61,570 bases of DNA, filler included, from Gonapodya sp. JEL0774 (GCA_027604505.1; 17 parts of 17 records of this genome joined end to end with filler, not necessarily neighbours in it); one strand, 5' to 3'; shown: positions 12,039 to 24,104, numbered from the whole stretch's first letter. A program made the numbers and translations. Notes: a model not told the origin generated them from the letters alone.

Positions 12039-12205
12039 TGGAAAGGCCAGGAATGGGCGGGATTGACAGTTGAAATTCATAGAAGGGTCACTACAATGGA
12101 GATTGGATGGGCAATAGGCGGGAAACTGATAATTATACTTTAAATGATATGGGGACAAAAATGTGCGCTGAAACCAGATGGGGCCAACCTTTTCTGAAAC
12201 AGCTA
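12039..12205 (+). repeat. Dispersed repeat with a diverged copy at ~51560-51728
   Basis: GGGACAAAAATGTGCGCTGAAACCAGATGGGGCCAACCTTTTCTGAAACAGCT here versus GGGACAAAAACGTGTGCTGAAACTGGGTGGGGCCAACCTTTTCTGAAACAGCT at the second site. Weaker similarity extends ~110 bp upstream. Confidence 0.75.
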
Positions 12206-12654
12206 TACGAGACAGAGATGAAATTTCATTGTCACTAAGTGTGTTAAAACTGAACACAGAAAGCTCATTGGTGTCATTCTGGCCAGGCCAGGAGAATTGA
12301 TGTCAATGGTCAATTTGAATATGAGCTTGTTGGAGACAGGGAGGTAGTCGGCTGAATTCCCTTGAGATAGTTATGGGCAGTTGCTTTTGCGTCTGTTTTC
12401 CTCCCATCGCCTTGTATGCTGTATAGGCGTTTGAGAACTCCAAACTGTATTTGTCGGGCCATTCTCCGGTCGCTGTGACTCTCTGCCATTCCTCCATAGT
12501 GTTTTGAGTCACTCCAACACTCAACCATAAATTTTGCTACCATCCAATTCCCATCTATTATTGAATCCTCCATTCAGTTGCAAATCAATTGGTTGACAGT
12601 CATGAGGAGTGCAGTGTTGCAAAGGTCAAAAGTAGTTTGCAGCTTCTTTTCCAA

Positions 12655-13226
12655 GTGCAATTTTGAAAGCTCTGTCAGGTTGACAGGCCTTCCAAAGTTT
12701 CAAGCCACAAATGTCCTAAGCCTGTTGCTTCTTGTTACATAAATACAACTTCAAAAGCGCTGTTGGGTCGACAGACCTTCAAAATTTGCATGACACAAAG
12801 GTCAAAAACCCTTTGCTTCTCGTTTCATATATGCAAGTTCTAAACAGCTGTCAAGTTGACAGACCTACGAAATTTGCAAGTTATGAAGGTCAAGGGCCCT
12901 TTGCTTCTGATTTCATATGTGCAAATTCTAAAGCGCTGTTGGGTCAACAGACTTTCAAAATTGAAAGTTGTGAAGGTCAAGGGCCCTTTGCTTCTTGTTT
13001 CATATGTGCAAATTCTGAAGTTCTGTCAGGTTGACAGACCTTCAAAATTTGCAATTTATGAAGGTCAAAGGCCCTTTGCTTCTCCTTTCATATGTGCAAA
13101 TTTTAAAGTGCGGTTGGGTCAACAGACCTCCAGAATTTGCAAGTTATGAATGCCGAGTGCCATTTGCTTCTCGTTTCATATGTGCAAATTCAGAAGCGCT
13201 GTTGGGTCAACAGGCCTTCACAATTT
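12655..13226. repeat. Tandem array of ~7 x 88-bp units, each with a CTGTYR-RGT-YRACAG palindrome
   Basis: Palindrome starts at 12672, 12760, 12848, 12936, 13023, 13111 and 13199 (period 88, once 87). Shared body GAAGGTCAAGGGCCCTTTGCTTCTCGTTTCATATGTGCAAATTC. Confidence 0.95.
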
Positions 13227-13595
13227 ACGTGTTTCAATGAATGAGTTTGTGATACAAAACTATATATCTTGAATTTGGAACAGAAGTGGTGGCACAGCGT
13301 GTGGTGCAGTGGGTTATCCACATGTTGCTTTCTGACCAGCGAGGGTTTGATTCCACCTGGCAAGATGCTTGTACATTTCATTCACTCTTGTTGTAAGCAT
13401 TTGAAACAACATTCGTTCTGTACATGCACATTCTTTTGCGCTGTCAACCCAACAGACCATCAGAAATAGCATGTTTGGGTGCTCTCAATATGCTTCGTAA
13501 AAAGTTGCCAAGTGCAGAAACACACAGCACACCCCAAAGTCAAGTCTCAATCAGAGATATCCATTCAATACATTCCATCACAATCTGGAAGCATC

Positions 13596-14487
13596 ATGCC
13601 TCCAAAGGCAAAGAAAGCAGTAGAACAGGAACCACCAAAACGAGGGACGTCACAGTCCCCATCTCCATCTGCCATCAAGGCCCATAGGAGCTTCACGAAT
13701 GAGCTCCATAAATGGGAGGTCTCCCTTAGTAAATTAAACAAGATCAGCTTGGAACTGATTAATCCCGACGATTATGTGGATGTCTGAGAGTGTGATGAAA
13801 GCAAACACACCCTCCAACCTCTCCAGTGAGTTTTTCATTCAGTCCAGGTGTAACCAATCTTTTCGAAATTGTGAGCACATACTATATCTATACAGTGATT
13901 CTCTTAAAGCTTGTGGATGGTTAGACACTACTCCAGGGATACTTTGGTTGAAAGCCCCTGATGCACCTCGACCTGGTGGAACAGGATATGGGACAGTTGA
14001 TGGCCGGCATTGTCTCACTGGTGTGACAGCAAATCTTGTTGAGGAGATCTCAAAACAACTTGTGAAACTGAAACGCCAGGTGAGTGTGATGGTATGTTGC
14101 AATGTTTGCACACTTGTCATCAAATTTTGGGAGCACTCCACTGCATCATTGAACCAACTAGGATGAAATTGATGAACTCGAGACAAAGAAATGGTATGAG
14201 CTCATTGCTATGATATGGGATGGGGATTTCTTTGCTCCTGGGCATCTTGAGTCAATTGTGACCACACACCAGAGAGTGGTGACGGTGAGTGAATTTGCAA
14301 CCTTCAGGTTTGAACTGTGTCAAATAAATCCTGGCATCTCAAAATAGCATGATACTCCTGAGCAGATTCTACTCATCATTGGTAGTTCACAGAATGATGC
14401 AAACACCACAGTTGTTATACCTTCATTCTATGACAAGATGTATGCCCTTCAGAGAATTAATGGGCTGTTCCTGCCCTCTGCAACAAC
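13596..14487 (+). pseudogene. ParB/Sulfiredoxin N-terminal-domain gene, intron-containing, CpG-damaged, 3' partial
   Basis: Introns at 13826-13895, 14080-14161 and 14285-14347. The spliced product reads KISLELINPDDYVDV*ECDE...LHDSLKACGWL...YGTVDGRHCL...EQILLIIGSSQNDANTTVVIPSFYDKMYAL. This follows the ParB pattern (I.l..I.P...vR, SI...G.L, vDG.HR, N...). The stop (TGA 13785) and the Cys (TGT 14011) are each one C>T change from CGA/CGT Arg. Confidence 0.7.
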
Positions 14488-14587
14488 NNNNNNNNNNNNN
14501 NNNNNNNNNNNNNNNNNNNNNNNNNNNNNNNTTAATTAATTAANNNNNNNNNNNNNNNNNNNNNNNNNNNNNNNNNNNNNNNNNNNN

Positions 14588-15671
14588 GGTGAATCCATCC
14601 GACGATGATTGTGCAAGCATTGTGAGTGCCCTACATAACGACCTCGCGCCGGTTGAAACCGCAAAAGCAGGATTTGAAAGACTGAAAGCGAACGTGAGTT
14701 TTCGATTGAGCTTGTACTCACGAATGTTTTCTGTGTCACTGCTCACAGAGCTGTTACGACTGTTTGTAGGGATGGGACATCATGGTGAGAGAAACTAATC
14801 CAATCGCTCTCTCTTGCAAAATCCGTTTCCACCTAACAAGAAGTGCTCGCCGGCTTCTCGCATGTCACGCGTTTTTGAACTCAATTACGACAGATCATCA
14901 CCAACGGCGGGAACAAGGTGGGTAGGGACGACAATGTTGCGAATTCGGAGCTCCTGTGCCAACTGCCTTCATCCAATTTTCACCTCAGATTGTCTCTGAC
15001 GGCCTTCAAAGAGGTGGCATGCTGGAGCTGCTAAAAGCACCACCAGGAGCTGGGAGAGAATACAATTTGGTGGGACAGAAACCTTATGACAACTACCGAC
15101 TGGTAACACAGACCAACCAGCACTTTGCGTTGGTTTTGGACTTCCACTCCGATTAACAAGATCTCAGCTGATGAACTAGGCATTGCGAAGGCCCATCCAA
15201 AAGTTTGTGAGTAAGGCTTTGTAATTGGTCTTGTGTTTGTATCATTTGGCTGAGGGTTCTAAGGATCTGGACTCACCATGTTCGTCGTGCTCATCTTAAC
15301 CGTGAAAAGACTCGTCTGCGTCCGCGTACCTTGACAAACTGACCACTCTCCGGGACAGCCAAAACTTGCAATTTACCGAGGATCCTCGATGGTTCGTCGC
15401 AGCACACGCGTGGGACCTCATGGGAGTTAAAGCAGCGGAGCCTAAGTTCAAGTTGGGGTTCGTTGGTGAGTTGATGACTCACTACGACTTCTGGCTTGTT
15501 CCTGATCTCACGCTGCATTGCTCGGGTCAACGTTGTGTGGAATCGACAATAAATAAAGAGGACGAAGAGAAAGTGTTCAACCAAGCGTTTGGCATCCGGC
15601 CTGATGCAAGTGGAGCTGACTTGCTGGATTGTGTCGAGAAAATGATTGCAATTGAGAAAGGAAACACTTGA
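14588..15671 (+). CDS. Hypothetical protein, multi-exon, 5' partial
   Basis: Short exons bounded by GT/AG. Last exon ...SASAYLDKLTTL...DPRWFVAAHAWDLMG...KMIAIEKGNT*. No family recognised. Confidence 0.5.
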
Positions 15672-16216
15672 ATATGGTGAATGGCTTGAGCATGCAGTAT
15701 CCAGGTCCACAACATTGGGACTTGAGTTAAGCCTCCACCAGGTTGAACCTCCTCCCCATGTGCAAATGCTTCACTCTATCAGGGGAGAATGAATCTGAGT
15801 CGGGTCTGGGAAAAGTATAAACAGTGGGGCAACCAACGTCGGCGCCTGTCCATCAATGTTGAGTTAACACCTCATGAGCAATCATTTACATATCTTGCAA
15901 TCCATACTTTTTCATAAATATCTTGCTTTCAAAATGTTCTTCACTCTCCCACTGACTCGAGTCCGGCGCCGGGGGAGCTGCAAACGAATCCCTATTACCT
16001 GCACCAGAAGAAATCCAAGTGGGAACGCATCATACACGCAAAATAGGTTGAAATCTACGATGTAAATCGGTATCTTATGAAACAACCTTGGTAATCGGAG
16101 GGTGCTACTGCCAGAATACTAACTCCAAACTTCACACTTATAATTATAAGGTGCAAATCATAGCTTGAAAGGCCATAAGACATGCAGAGTCCACATAAAT
16201 ACATAGACTGTTCCAA

Positions 16217-18126
16217 TCACAATGCTCGGGCCACTCTTCCATGTGAATCGCTCTCAGGTTCCCCGTCTTGAGCATCTCCATTGACCGATCCCAGAGTCGT
16301 TACATGAGGTGTCACCGGTTCCGCATCGCCATTAGTCCCGGCTTCCGCCTCGTATGGGGTTTGCGGTGTTTCCGAATTTGACCTCGAACCGTCGGTGTGA
16401 GTTGAACCATTCTTAGCTCTGCGAGCATCCCATCGACATGTAGGACAGACACACGATTGGGAGAGAAGCCATGGGTCAATACAAGTGGCGTGGAAAATGC
16501 TGAGTACGGTGTGAATGAAGATTGGCAACGATTCACAGACTATGAGGCTGGTCCACAACTTACTGTCCGCAAGGTAACTCTCGAAAAACATTTCCCTCGC
16601 CATACTGGTGGTAGCGACACAATAAATTAAGTGATGCGAACGCAAACGAGCCCAAGACAACGGTTTTATCATCTCGAGTCACATTTCACTCACCGCCTCC
16701 AAACATATTGCGCACAACGCTTGACCATCACCTGCGTCGTCCACCACATTCGCGTTTTCCGATACTGAGCCCAGCTCTACCTCATCGCCCGATTTCTTGC
16801 GAAACAACCCAACGCTTATGGGTCGCAATGCGGCTCCCATTGATCGTACCGTGCGTACCGACCGCACGGACGGAGGCCTACTTACCGCAATGGGAGGTGA
16901 GGTGGGCATGAAAAGGGAATGTGGACGCAATGGTCGCGTTCCGGGAGTGAGAATAACGGGATCTGCAGCGTCCGCGGCCTCCGTCCAAGTGGCCGCAGAG
17001 GTTCCGGCACCTGCGCTTGTGGTTCTGGACAGCGAGACGGGTACAGTTTGAGCGGTTGACAATTCCGTCGCAGAATCAGGTTCGGCGGCCTTCCCACTCC
17101 AGTTGCGGTTTTCAACATCACCCTTATGCCACACTCGAGTCGGCAACCCTTGAACCTCTTCCATCGACATGGTTTCGTTCACGGAAGGATTTAGATTTGC
17201 AAGACGATCTCGCATGGAGGGATCGAACATGCCAAGTTGTACGAGGAGCTCCCGGTGACGATGCTGAGCACGAACCTAATTGGTGATGTGGCAGAGTGGT
17301 CAGAGGCGATAAACCAACGAACTTCCCTTTGAAAGTAATCTTAAAACTCACCCAAGCTCGCCTTCGCCTAATCGTCACGAACATCAAGCCTCCACATGTA
17401 GCCAGACTCAAAGCGGCGAAAACAAGGTATGAGAAATTGAATATGGACAGCCATGATGTAGTGGAGCTGGTCGACGGACTTGACGAAGCCAATGTGGGCC
17501 AGGGAGCTGACGGGGGAGCTCGCGATGGAGCTGAGTAGATGCCGTATGGGGCCGGAAAAATGAGGCTGGGGCTGAGCGCGATATCAAGAGTGGGATATGT
17601 CTGTTTGAAGAGGTGAGTCGAAGTCAGCGAATAGGTGTGCACCAAATCTGGGCCGTGGAAAGACGAACCTCGATCGCCATCACGACGTTTCCCCCAGCGA
17701 TTGGATCCATTCCCAAAACGGGCACGCCAAACTCGGTCACTTCGTCCAAGCAAGTGTTCCAATTCGAGAACTTCGCGATTGTGATGCAGGCGGAAGGGGT
17801 GTAGCGAGTTGCGAGAAAAGCCACACTTGTGCTCGTTGAGAAATTTTGCCCGTAAAAGAGAATCGCTGTGATTTGTGAAGTGGTGAATGCGGTGGAATTC
17901 GCAGCGGTTACTGTCGCGTTGGTATTCAGAGTTGATGTCCCGTTTGTCGTTGTGTTCGCTACTGAAGGAGGGGGAGTTGAAGTAGTTGAAGAAGTGGAAT
18001 TGCTAGTTACATTCATAGTAGGATGAGTCTGCGTGAACGAGAGGTAAATGGACGCTGGAGTGAATGCAAGACGTTGGTTTTAACAATATGCAACGGAGAA
18101 CTGTAGAGGCATCACCCCACAAAAGA
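16217..18126 (-). CDS. Transmembrane RING-H2 E3 ubiquitin ligase (PA-TM-RING-like), 5' partial
   Basis: N-glycosylation-rich luminal region, TM helix (LVFAALSLATCGGLMFVTI) followed by RRRR, then EEVQGLPTRVW, CAICLE|...FHATCIDPWLL...VCPTCRWD. Confidence 0.85.
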
Positions 18127-18311
18127 NNNNNNNNNNNNNNNNNNNNNNNNNNNNNNNNNNNNNNNNNNNNTTAATTAATTAANNNNNNNNNNNNNNNNNN
18201 NNNNNNNNNNNNNNNNNNNNNNNNNNTCATCCTTTCTCGCTGGGGAGGCAGTTCCACTCCCAACCACCTGCACTCCACCCGCCAACCGCTGACCAACACA
18301 TTTCTGATCTA

Positions 18312-19026
18312 GTATTTATGCAGTCGTTTATCCCAAGGTCGTTAAACGAAGTGAGGTTTGTCGAGAGAGATGTGGGCAAAGTTATGGCTGGCGAAGGAGG
18401 AGAAGTGAGTAACCGCTTCGTGGGGGCTCTGTGGACCTGGAAGACGGCAATACTGACTATTGTCTGGCGTGTCTCGGGCTGGATTGGGTGCAGCTCGTTT
18501 ACAGCAAAATTGCGAGGGTACATCACGAACCAGCCAAACCTGTCACACCAAGACAAGACAGTACCACAGCTGCCTCGGCCGAGCCAGAAGAGAAACCCCG
18601 ACCAGCAAACATCACCTCGATGCCTCCTAGCAGTGACCAGCACACCTCGAAATCCAAACCTTCTAAGGTGTCAGCCTCCATACTACCTACTCAACGGACA
18701 CGCGACTCTTCCTCACACTCAAATTCAAGTTTAGACTCCGATGACGATGAATCGAGCTCCGACTCCGAGAGTAACTCCGACGTTGGCGGGGATTCGACAG
18801 CGCCCCGACCGTCGCGGTTGAAGCGACTTGAGGACAAGGAGAGCAAGAAGGTGAGTTGCACCAATCAGCTTTGCGGTTCCGAAATATACATCATGACCGT
18901 TGTGCAATGTTCTAGGACCGTAAACAAGCTGCTAAAGAAGCCAAGCGAGAGAAGCGTGCCAACAAGGTACCTAAAGCGGTGAAAAAGAGGAGGGATAAAG
19001 TGCGGGAAGGAAGGAAGGGCAAATAA
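18312..19026 (+). CDS. RIO1: Serine/threonine kinase Rio1, C-terminal exons
   Basis: FMQSFIPRSLNEVRFVERDV, an acidic spacer, and the lysine-rich end RKQAAKEAKREKRANKVPKAVKKR, characteristic of the Rio1 tail. Confidence 0.8.
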
Positions 19027-19418
19027 AGGAGGGACTCGGTGATTATGACTCGAAACCAACTACATTATGTAATTGATTCATGTACAACATATTCATTTGT
19101 GATCAATATGCATCCAAACAAAGTATGATCCGAAGAATTTCATCTTCAATTACTCTCTCGCTCGCCACGGCAAAATCTCTTACAAAGTCTCCACGGAATA
19201 TCTGAAATTCAAGCACCACGTGAGCCAAGGTTCGAATGCCCTTTGAAGATGATGCGTGCAGTCCAACTGAACTTGCTCTTTCTTATCCCAACTGCCGGCC
19301 ATCACCGCAGCCACTGAAGCTTTCAGCTCTAACTCACCACATTCCCGTGTAAATCAGCTCTGTCACCCTCCATCTTGCAACGTTGCTCTACCTGGAGCCA
19401 GAACCACCGTGAGATAAA

Positions 19419-20309
19419 ATGCAATCCAATCCAACCAATCTCACCGACCTCCCAACCGAATCCATCCTCTTGATCGCCGATTACCTCCCCTACCGTCTCG
19501 GATTGCCCATCGGTGCTTTGAACAAGGCGTTGGTTGGCATTTTTCGCAATCCGGACAGCATCGCTGTGCGAGCCATCTCACACTACGCAACTCCGACAAG
19601 TACTCTCGTGTGGGAATCCATGAGGAGTGAACCTGGGCAGCACTTGGTCATCAGGGCGATTCATGAGCGACTCTTGCACTGCCATCCGGGTCTGATCGTG
19701 GATGACTGCGAGCTCTTCTTATCGAAGTACCATATCAACATGACCCCTCTCCAGGCTGCAGCATTCGTTGGCAACACAGAGAGTGTGCATGCTCTGCTGG
19801 AGCTCGGTGCAAAGGCTGACGGCACTGACTGGCGGGATCAAGGACATCCTCTTTTGAGAGCCTGCACGGGTGGGCATATTGAGGTGGTGAGGCTGCTGCT
19901 GGAGAATGGCGCGGCCAGCAATGAACCAAGAGGTTGGTCCCTTGCCAAGTGCGTGGAGAAGGGCAATATTGATCTTGTTCGACTGCTTCTAAATGGTGGT
20001 GCGGAGGTGAATTATGGGGACGGGCGTGCTCTGACCTTGGCAGCCGGATATGGGTACTTTGACATTGCTAAACTTCTGGTGGATCAAGGAGCACATGTTG
20101 ACTTGAACGACAATTCGGCGCTTTGGGCTGCGGTCCGTACGGGTGGAATCAGGATGGTGAAGTTTCTATTGGAGAGCGGTGCAGATCCCAAAGCCGATTC
20201 ACCACACAAGCGGGGTGCAATCAAAGAAGCCGGATTGAATGGACATGGCGACACCATTAAATTTCTTCGAGCGCATAATCGGCGGACTACTGGAAACGCA
20301 GGAAAGTGA
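19419..20309 (+). CDS. Ankyrin-repeat protein with F-box-like N-terminus
   Basis: LTDLPTESILLIADYL followed by ~6 ankyrin repeats (TPLQAAAFVGNTESVHALLELGA, GHIEVVRLLLENGA and others). Single exon. Confidence 0.9.
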   Translation: MQSNPTNLTDLPTESILLIADYLPYRLGLPIGALNKALVGIFRNPDSIAVRAISHYATPTSTLVWESMRSEPGQHLVIRAIHERLLHCHPGLIVDDCELFLSKYHINMTPLQAAAFVGNTESVHALLELGAKADGTDWRDQGHPLLRACTGGHIEVVRLLLENGAASNEPRGWSLAKCVEKGNIDLVRLLLNGGAEVNYGDGRALTLAAGYGYFDIAKLLVDQGAHVDLNDNSALWAAVRTGGIRMVKFLLESGADPKADSPHKRGAIKEAGLNGHGDTIKFLRAHNRRTTGNAGK

Positions 20310-20812
20310 GGGACAAATACTTAGATGCATCGGAGCCGCAGATAGACATTCACGCAACATATTCTAATATTACAGCTGACAATCATTTCATGTATTTGAT
20401 GTTCGGATTTGTGACCCAGCCCTCACTTTTCAACGTCACTGTCGAGTGACTGTACCCCGCTAAACTACATTCAAGTACACTCAACATTTGCGAGTCGGGG
20501 ACAGGATCCAAGACAAATAGTTGGCAGGCTAGGTTGAGAAGCACGGTGGTTCTTGAGTCGGCAACTGCCAATCCGGCACTACGGAAACGGTTACTTGAGG
20601 ACTCATGACCTTCCCGCTCCCTCGACGAGCCAACTGAGTCTACTCTCACCCTCTCGTCCACAATTTCCCTGAGTGTTGCTTGTTAGAGACGTGCTCTTCA
20701 TGCAAATCTTGGGACATCCGATACCGGTGTGGAGTGTGCACCTTACAAAGTTCCAAGTGTGCATGGGATTTTTTGTGAGCGACCGTCCCACACACAGCAT
20801 TCCACGTTCGGC

Positions 20813-21765
20813 ATGTCTTTCTGGCCCCGTGAAGACAACGTGCTCGCCATCGACATTGGATCCTACTCGGTCAAGTTTGGAAAAGCCGTAAATCTCGACA
20901 AACTGCCCCAGGAAATCCGTTCAAGGGTCGGACGACGAAGGAAACCAAATACCGCGGATGACGCCGACGTCCCCACAAACCCCGCAACCGGCGACGACAC
21001 GATAGCACTGGATAGTTTCGTTCCCTCTACTGGAGACTCCGCGTTCGAGCTCTTGGTGGGAGAGGAGCTCGACATCGTCTTGGCAGATCACTCTTCCCCT
21101 GAACCTCCCCCAACCGTCACACCCATTATCTCCCACGGAAGAGTCAAGGACTGGCTAGCACTGGCTCACCTTCTTCGCCACGTGATATTCGACCTGTGCG
21201 ACTGCGACCCGAACAGGAATGATCATCCGGTCGTGGTGTCTGTGCCAGCGTTTTGGAGCATCGAAAGTATGCAGAGGCTCACTCAGATACTCTTTGAAGA
21301 ATGCTCTGTGCCGGGATTCTATCTCGTGGAGCAGTCGATCGCTGCCGTGTATGCCATGGGCGTGGTGTCAGGGTTGGTTCTGGACGTCGGGCACGAGGTC
21401 ACAAGTGAGTGTCTCCAAATGAAGTCTGCAGATTTCTTCTCGCCCTGGTTATTTCTGTGGTGGTGCTGTGTCCTGCCTTGCTCATTGAATTTGGCCGTGT
21501 AAACGAGCGGATCACTCTGAAATACCGTGCACGAGATGGAACAACTCTACCTCTCGTTCCTACCTCTCGTTGCACTCCACCAAACACTCACTTCTTCGTC
21601 CCTCTCCTCTCCGACCAGCCGTCTGTGCCGTCATCGACAACGAGCCCCACCTCCCGTCTCTGGTCTCCCTCCCCATCGGTGGCTCCCGGGTCGACCAGGC
21701 CTTGCTCGACATACTTCGATCGGACGCGAATTTTCGGGCAGCGCTGGGCAAGGAACCGGATGTGG
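20813..21765 (+). CDS. ARP9: Nuclear actin-related protein, Arp9-like (SWI/SNF-RSC), 3' partial
   Basis: MSFWPREDNVLAIDIGSYSVKFG, PIISHGRVKDW, PVVVSVP, TQILFEECSVPGFYLVEQSIAAVYAMG, GLVLDVGHEVT. The actin fold is clear; the Arp9 subfamily is inferred from the N-terminus. Confidence 0.7.
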
Positions 21766-22121
21766 NNNNNNNNNNNNNNNNNNNNNNNNNNNNNNNNNNN
21801 NNNNNNNNNTTAATTAATTAANNNNNNNNNNNNNNNNNNNNNNNNNNNNNNNNNNNNNNNNNNNNTTTGGATTATGTGGGTGTGTTCGGCACGGGTTTTC
21901 AAGAAACAAATTACTAGTTGTTGCTCACCGAAAAAAATAACTTGGGGATACAAAGAAACGGGAAACGCACAGGCCGGTTTCCCGAGTTTCCCCACCACCA
22001 CCGCACAAAACCACACACACACACACACACATACTGACCCATTCCATCGATTTGAATCGATCCGTTCTTGGGGGACTCTCATCTTTCAACGCTGAAGCAT
22101 CTCGTGCTTCACCCCCCGAAA

Positions 22122-23910
22122 ATGGCGTCTGTAACGCGAACTGCTCCGCGGGAAGGAGGGAGTGCCGCTCGCAGAACATCCAGCTCGGCGCAGAGACTAC
22201 GGGGCGGTCGATCCGTGGGACGCTCTGGAAATCAGTTCGATGGATTACATGCAGCGAACCTCTCCCCGTTCATGGTGGCGATGGGCCCAGAGGAGCTGGC
22301 TCGCCGAGGACCACCACCACCTTCCCGACCACCTTCCCGCACCACACCAAACCTCTTTTGGGCAGCTGTGGACAGCGATGCCGCGGAGAACCGGGAATCC
22401 GACTACTATCCATCCATCTACACGTCGGATTCGACTTTAAAGAGGCTCGCTCGGCAGCTTCCGGTTGAAACTTTGAATCGAGTCATCCAGCAACCATTCA
22501 ACACCCTCCGACGAGAAGCCACCCCCGAGACTGTCACCACAGCGCCAAATCCAACCAACACAACAGTACAACCATCAATGGACTTTGAGAGCGATATAGA
22601 TTGGGGGTTTGGGGGACTGGACACTTCCGTTGCAGATCAGACAGGACGCTCAGGAACACCTCTCGCGTCTTCCGCTGCAACTCTGAGTGGACCGCCATTT
22701 GTGAGCCCTGGTAAGCTGTCTACGCTTGCAGTCTCTGTTCGCTGTCATGTTCTCAAACATTGTGGTCCCAGAGTTTTGGCAGTTCAACCCGCTCCAGCAC
22801 GTTTCATCTCTCACTCCTCCTCCAATACAATCACTGCCAGCACCTCCTGCATCTTCATCCGCCGCATCTAGTCTCGCCTGGACTGATCCAATCGGAATCT
22901 CCCTCTCGCAGCTCCTTGGGGGGGGTCCGGTGCCAGCCACCCAACCAGTGGTACCCTCGGTCAGTCAACCACTTGCACCATCACTCTCCACTCCCATGTC
23001 TTTTCAGCAAGCTCCGCTTGCAACAACACTGGTTGTGAGACATGAGGCAACCCCAGAGTTCACCAACTTGTTGCGACAGTTCATTCTGCCATTTGAATTC
23101 GTTACGACACAGCTCAGACAAGGAATGGGAACATTACCTTGCCAGCCACTCGCCACAAGTCCGACCGCACAAGCTCACCCTTCAACATCTGCTTTGGGGT
23201 CTGGCAGTTCCTCCTCCACACAGGCACTGTCCAAGCTGGACTGCGTACTGGAATCAATTACGGATCCAGCTACAAGAGACGTAACCAAGCAACCTCGCGC
23301 ACTCTACAGCTTCTCCGCACCAAACAATGGCTGCGACGCTCACCACCTCTACTTTCGGGGAATGTCAGGGATACCCCCTGTGCGAGAGTGGGAGAACACA
23401 AACCCTTACAGGTCAACAATGAAATCGAAACTCTGCAAGCTTCGTGTAAGTTAGGAAGCTTTCTTGTGAAGAATTCCGACCCAGAATCGCTGACATCTCA
23501 TCCTCTTTAGCGGGTTGCTCGTGTCTACGATCTCTACCTTACAGCAGGTCGCATTGAAGACTACGAATCCACCTTTGGAGGAGGCAAGTACACAAACTGG
23601 AACAAACTATATGAGGCCATCAACAAGGCATTTCCAAAGACCACAGTGAGTCAGTCAGTCGTTCCGGCAGGTGCAGATTGAGGTATCAGCATTTCCCTTT
23701 TGCATTGTATTCTTGTGATGGTAGCTACCGCTCACTCCCCCTCCACTACTCCCACCAGCAGCCGTGCCTGTTTTGTTGCCGGTTGCTTCTTCCTGTACAC
23801 CTCCCCACGTGCCCCCCATCATAATGCCAACCAATTCCACGTCCTTTACTTTCACACCAGCTACTCCTCTGGCTGAAGCAGAGGAGTATATATCTGCCGC
23901 TGAGGACTAG
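22122..23910 (+). CDS. Pro/Ser/Thr-rich protein with C-terminal GCR1_C-like DNA-binding domain
   Basis: Four exons splice in frame. The C-terminal folded block DAHHLYFRGMSGIPPVREWENTNPYRSTMKSKLCKLR|RVARVYDLYL...YESTFG...KLYEAINK resembles the GCR1_C pattern (G..g.PP/S...E...R...R...I). Confidence 0.55.
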
Positions 23911-24104
23911 TGCTGCTCGTTGAACATGCATGTGTGACAGATCAACTATCATGAGTGTTTTCTTAGGTGCGTACCGTTCTTATGTGCATCTCGCTGCAGC
24001 TTTTTGCAATTTTGTATCAGCTATTCACGTAGTAATAGGCATGAGCGGCTGTATTTCTTGCATTACAATCTAATGATGCTCACGACCTCACATGATACAT
24101 CTGG

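Noticed and set aside
12655..13226. 88-bp array as a CRISPR array
   Set aside because: The sequence between palindromes is homologous from unit to unit rather than unique spacers, there are no cas genes, and the context is eukaryotic.
12732..13240. Repetitive ORFs over the array (YEGQGPFAS.FICAN)
   Set aside because: The 88-bp period is not a multiple of 3, so the same peptide shifts frame each unit. This is a by-product of the DNA repeat.
21955..22032. Imperfect hairpin GAAACGGGAAAC...GTTTCCCGAGTTTC plus a (CA)n run as a terminus of the Crypton-like element
   Set aside because: Short and imperfect, with no matching opposite end in the window to test it against.
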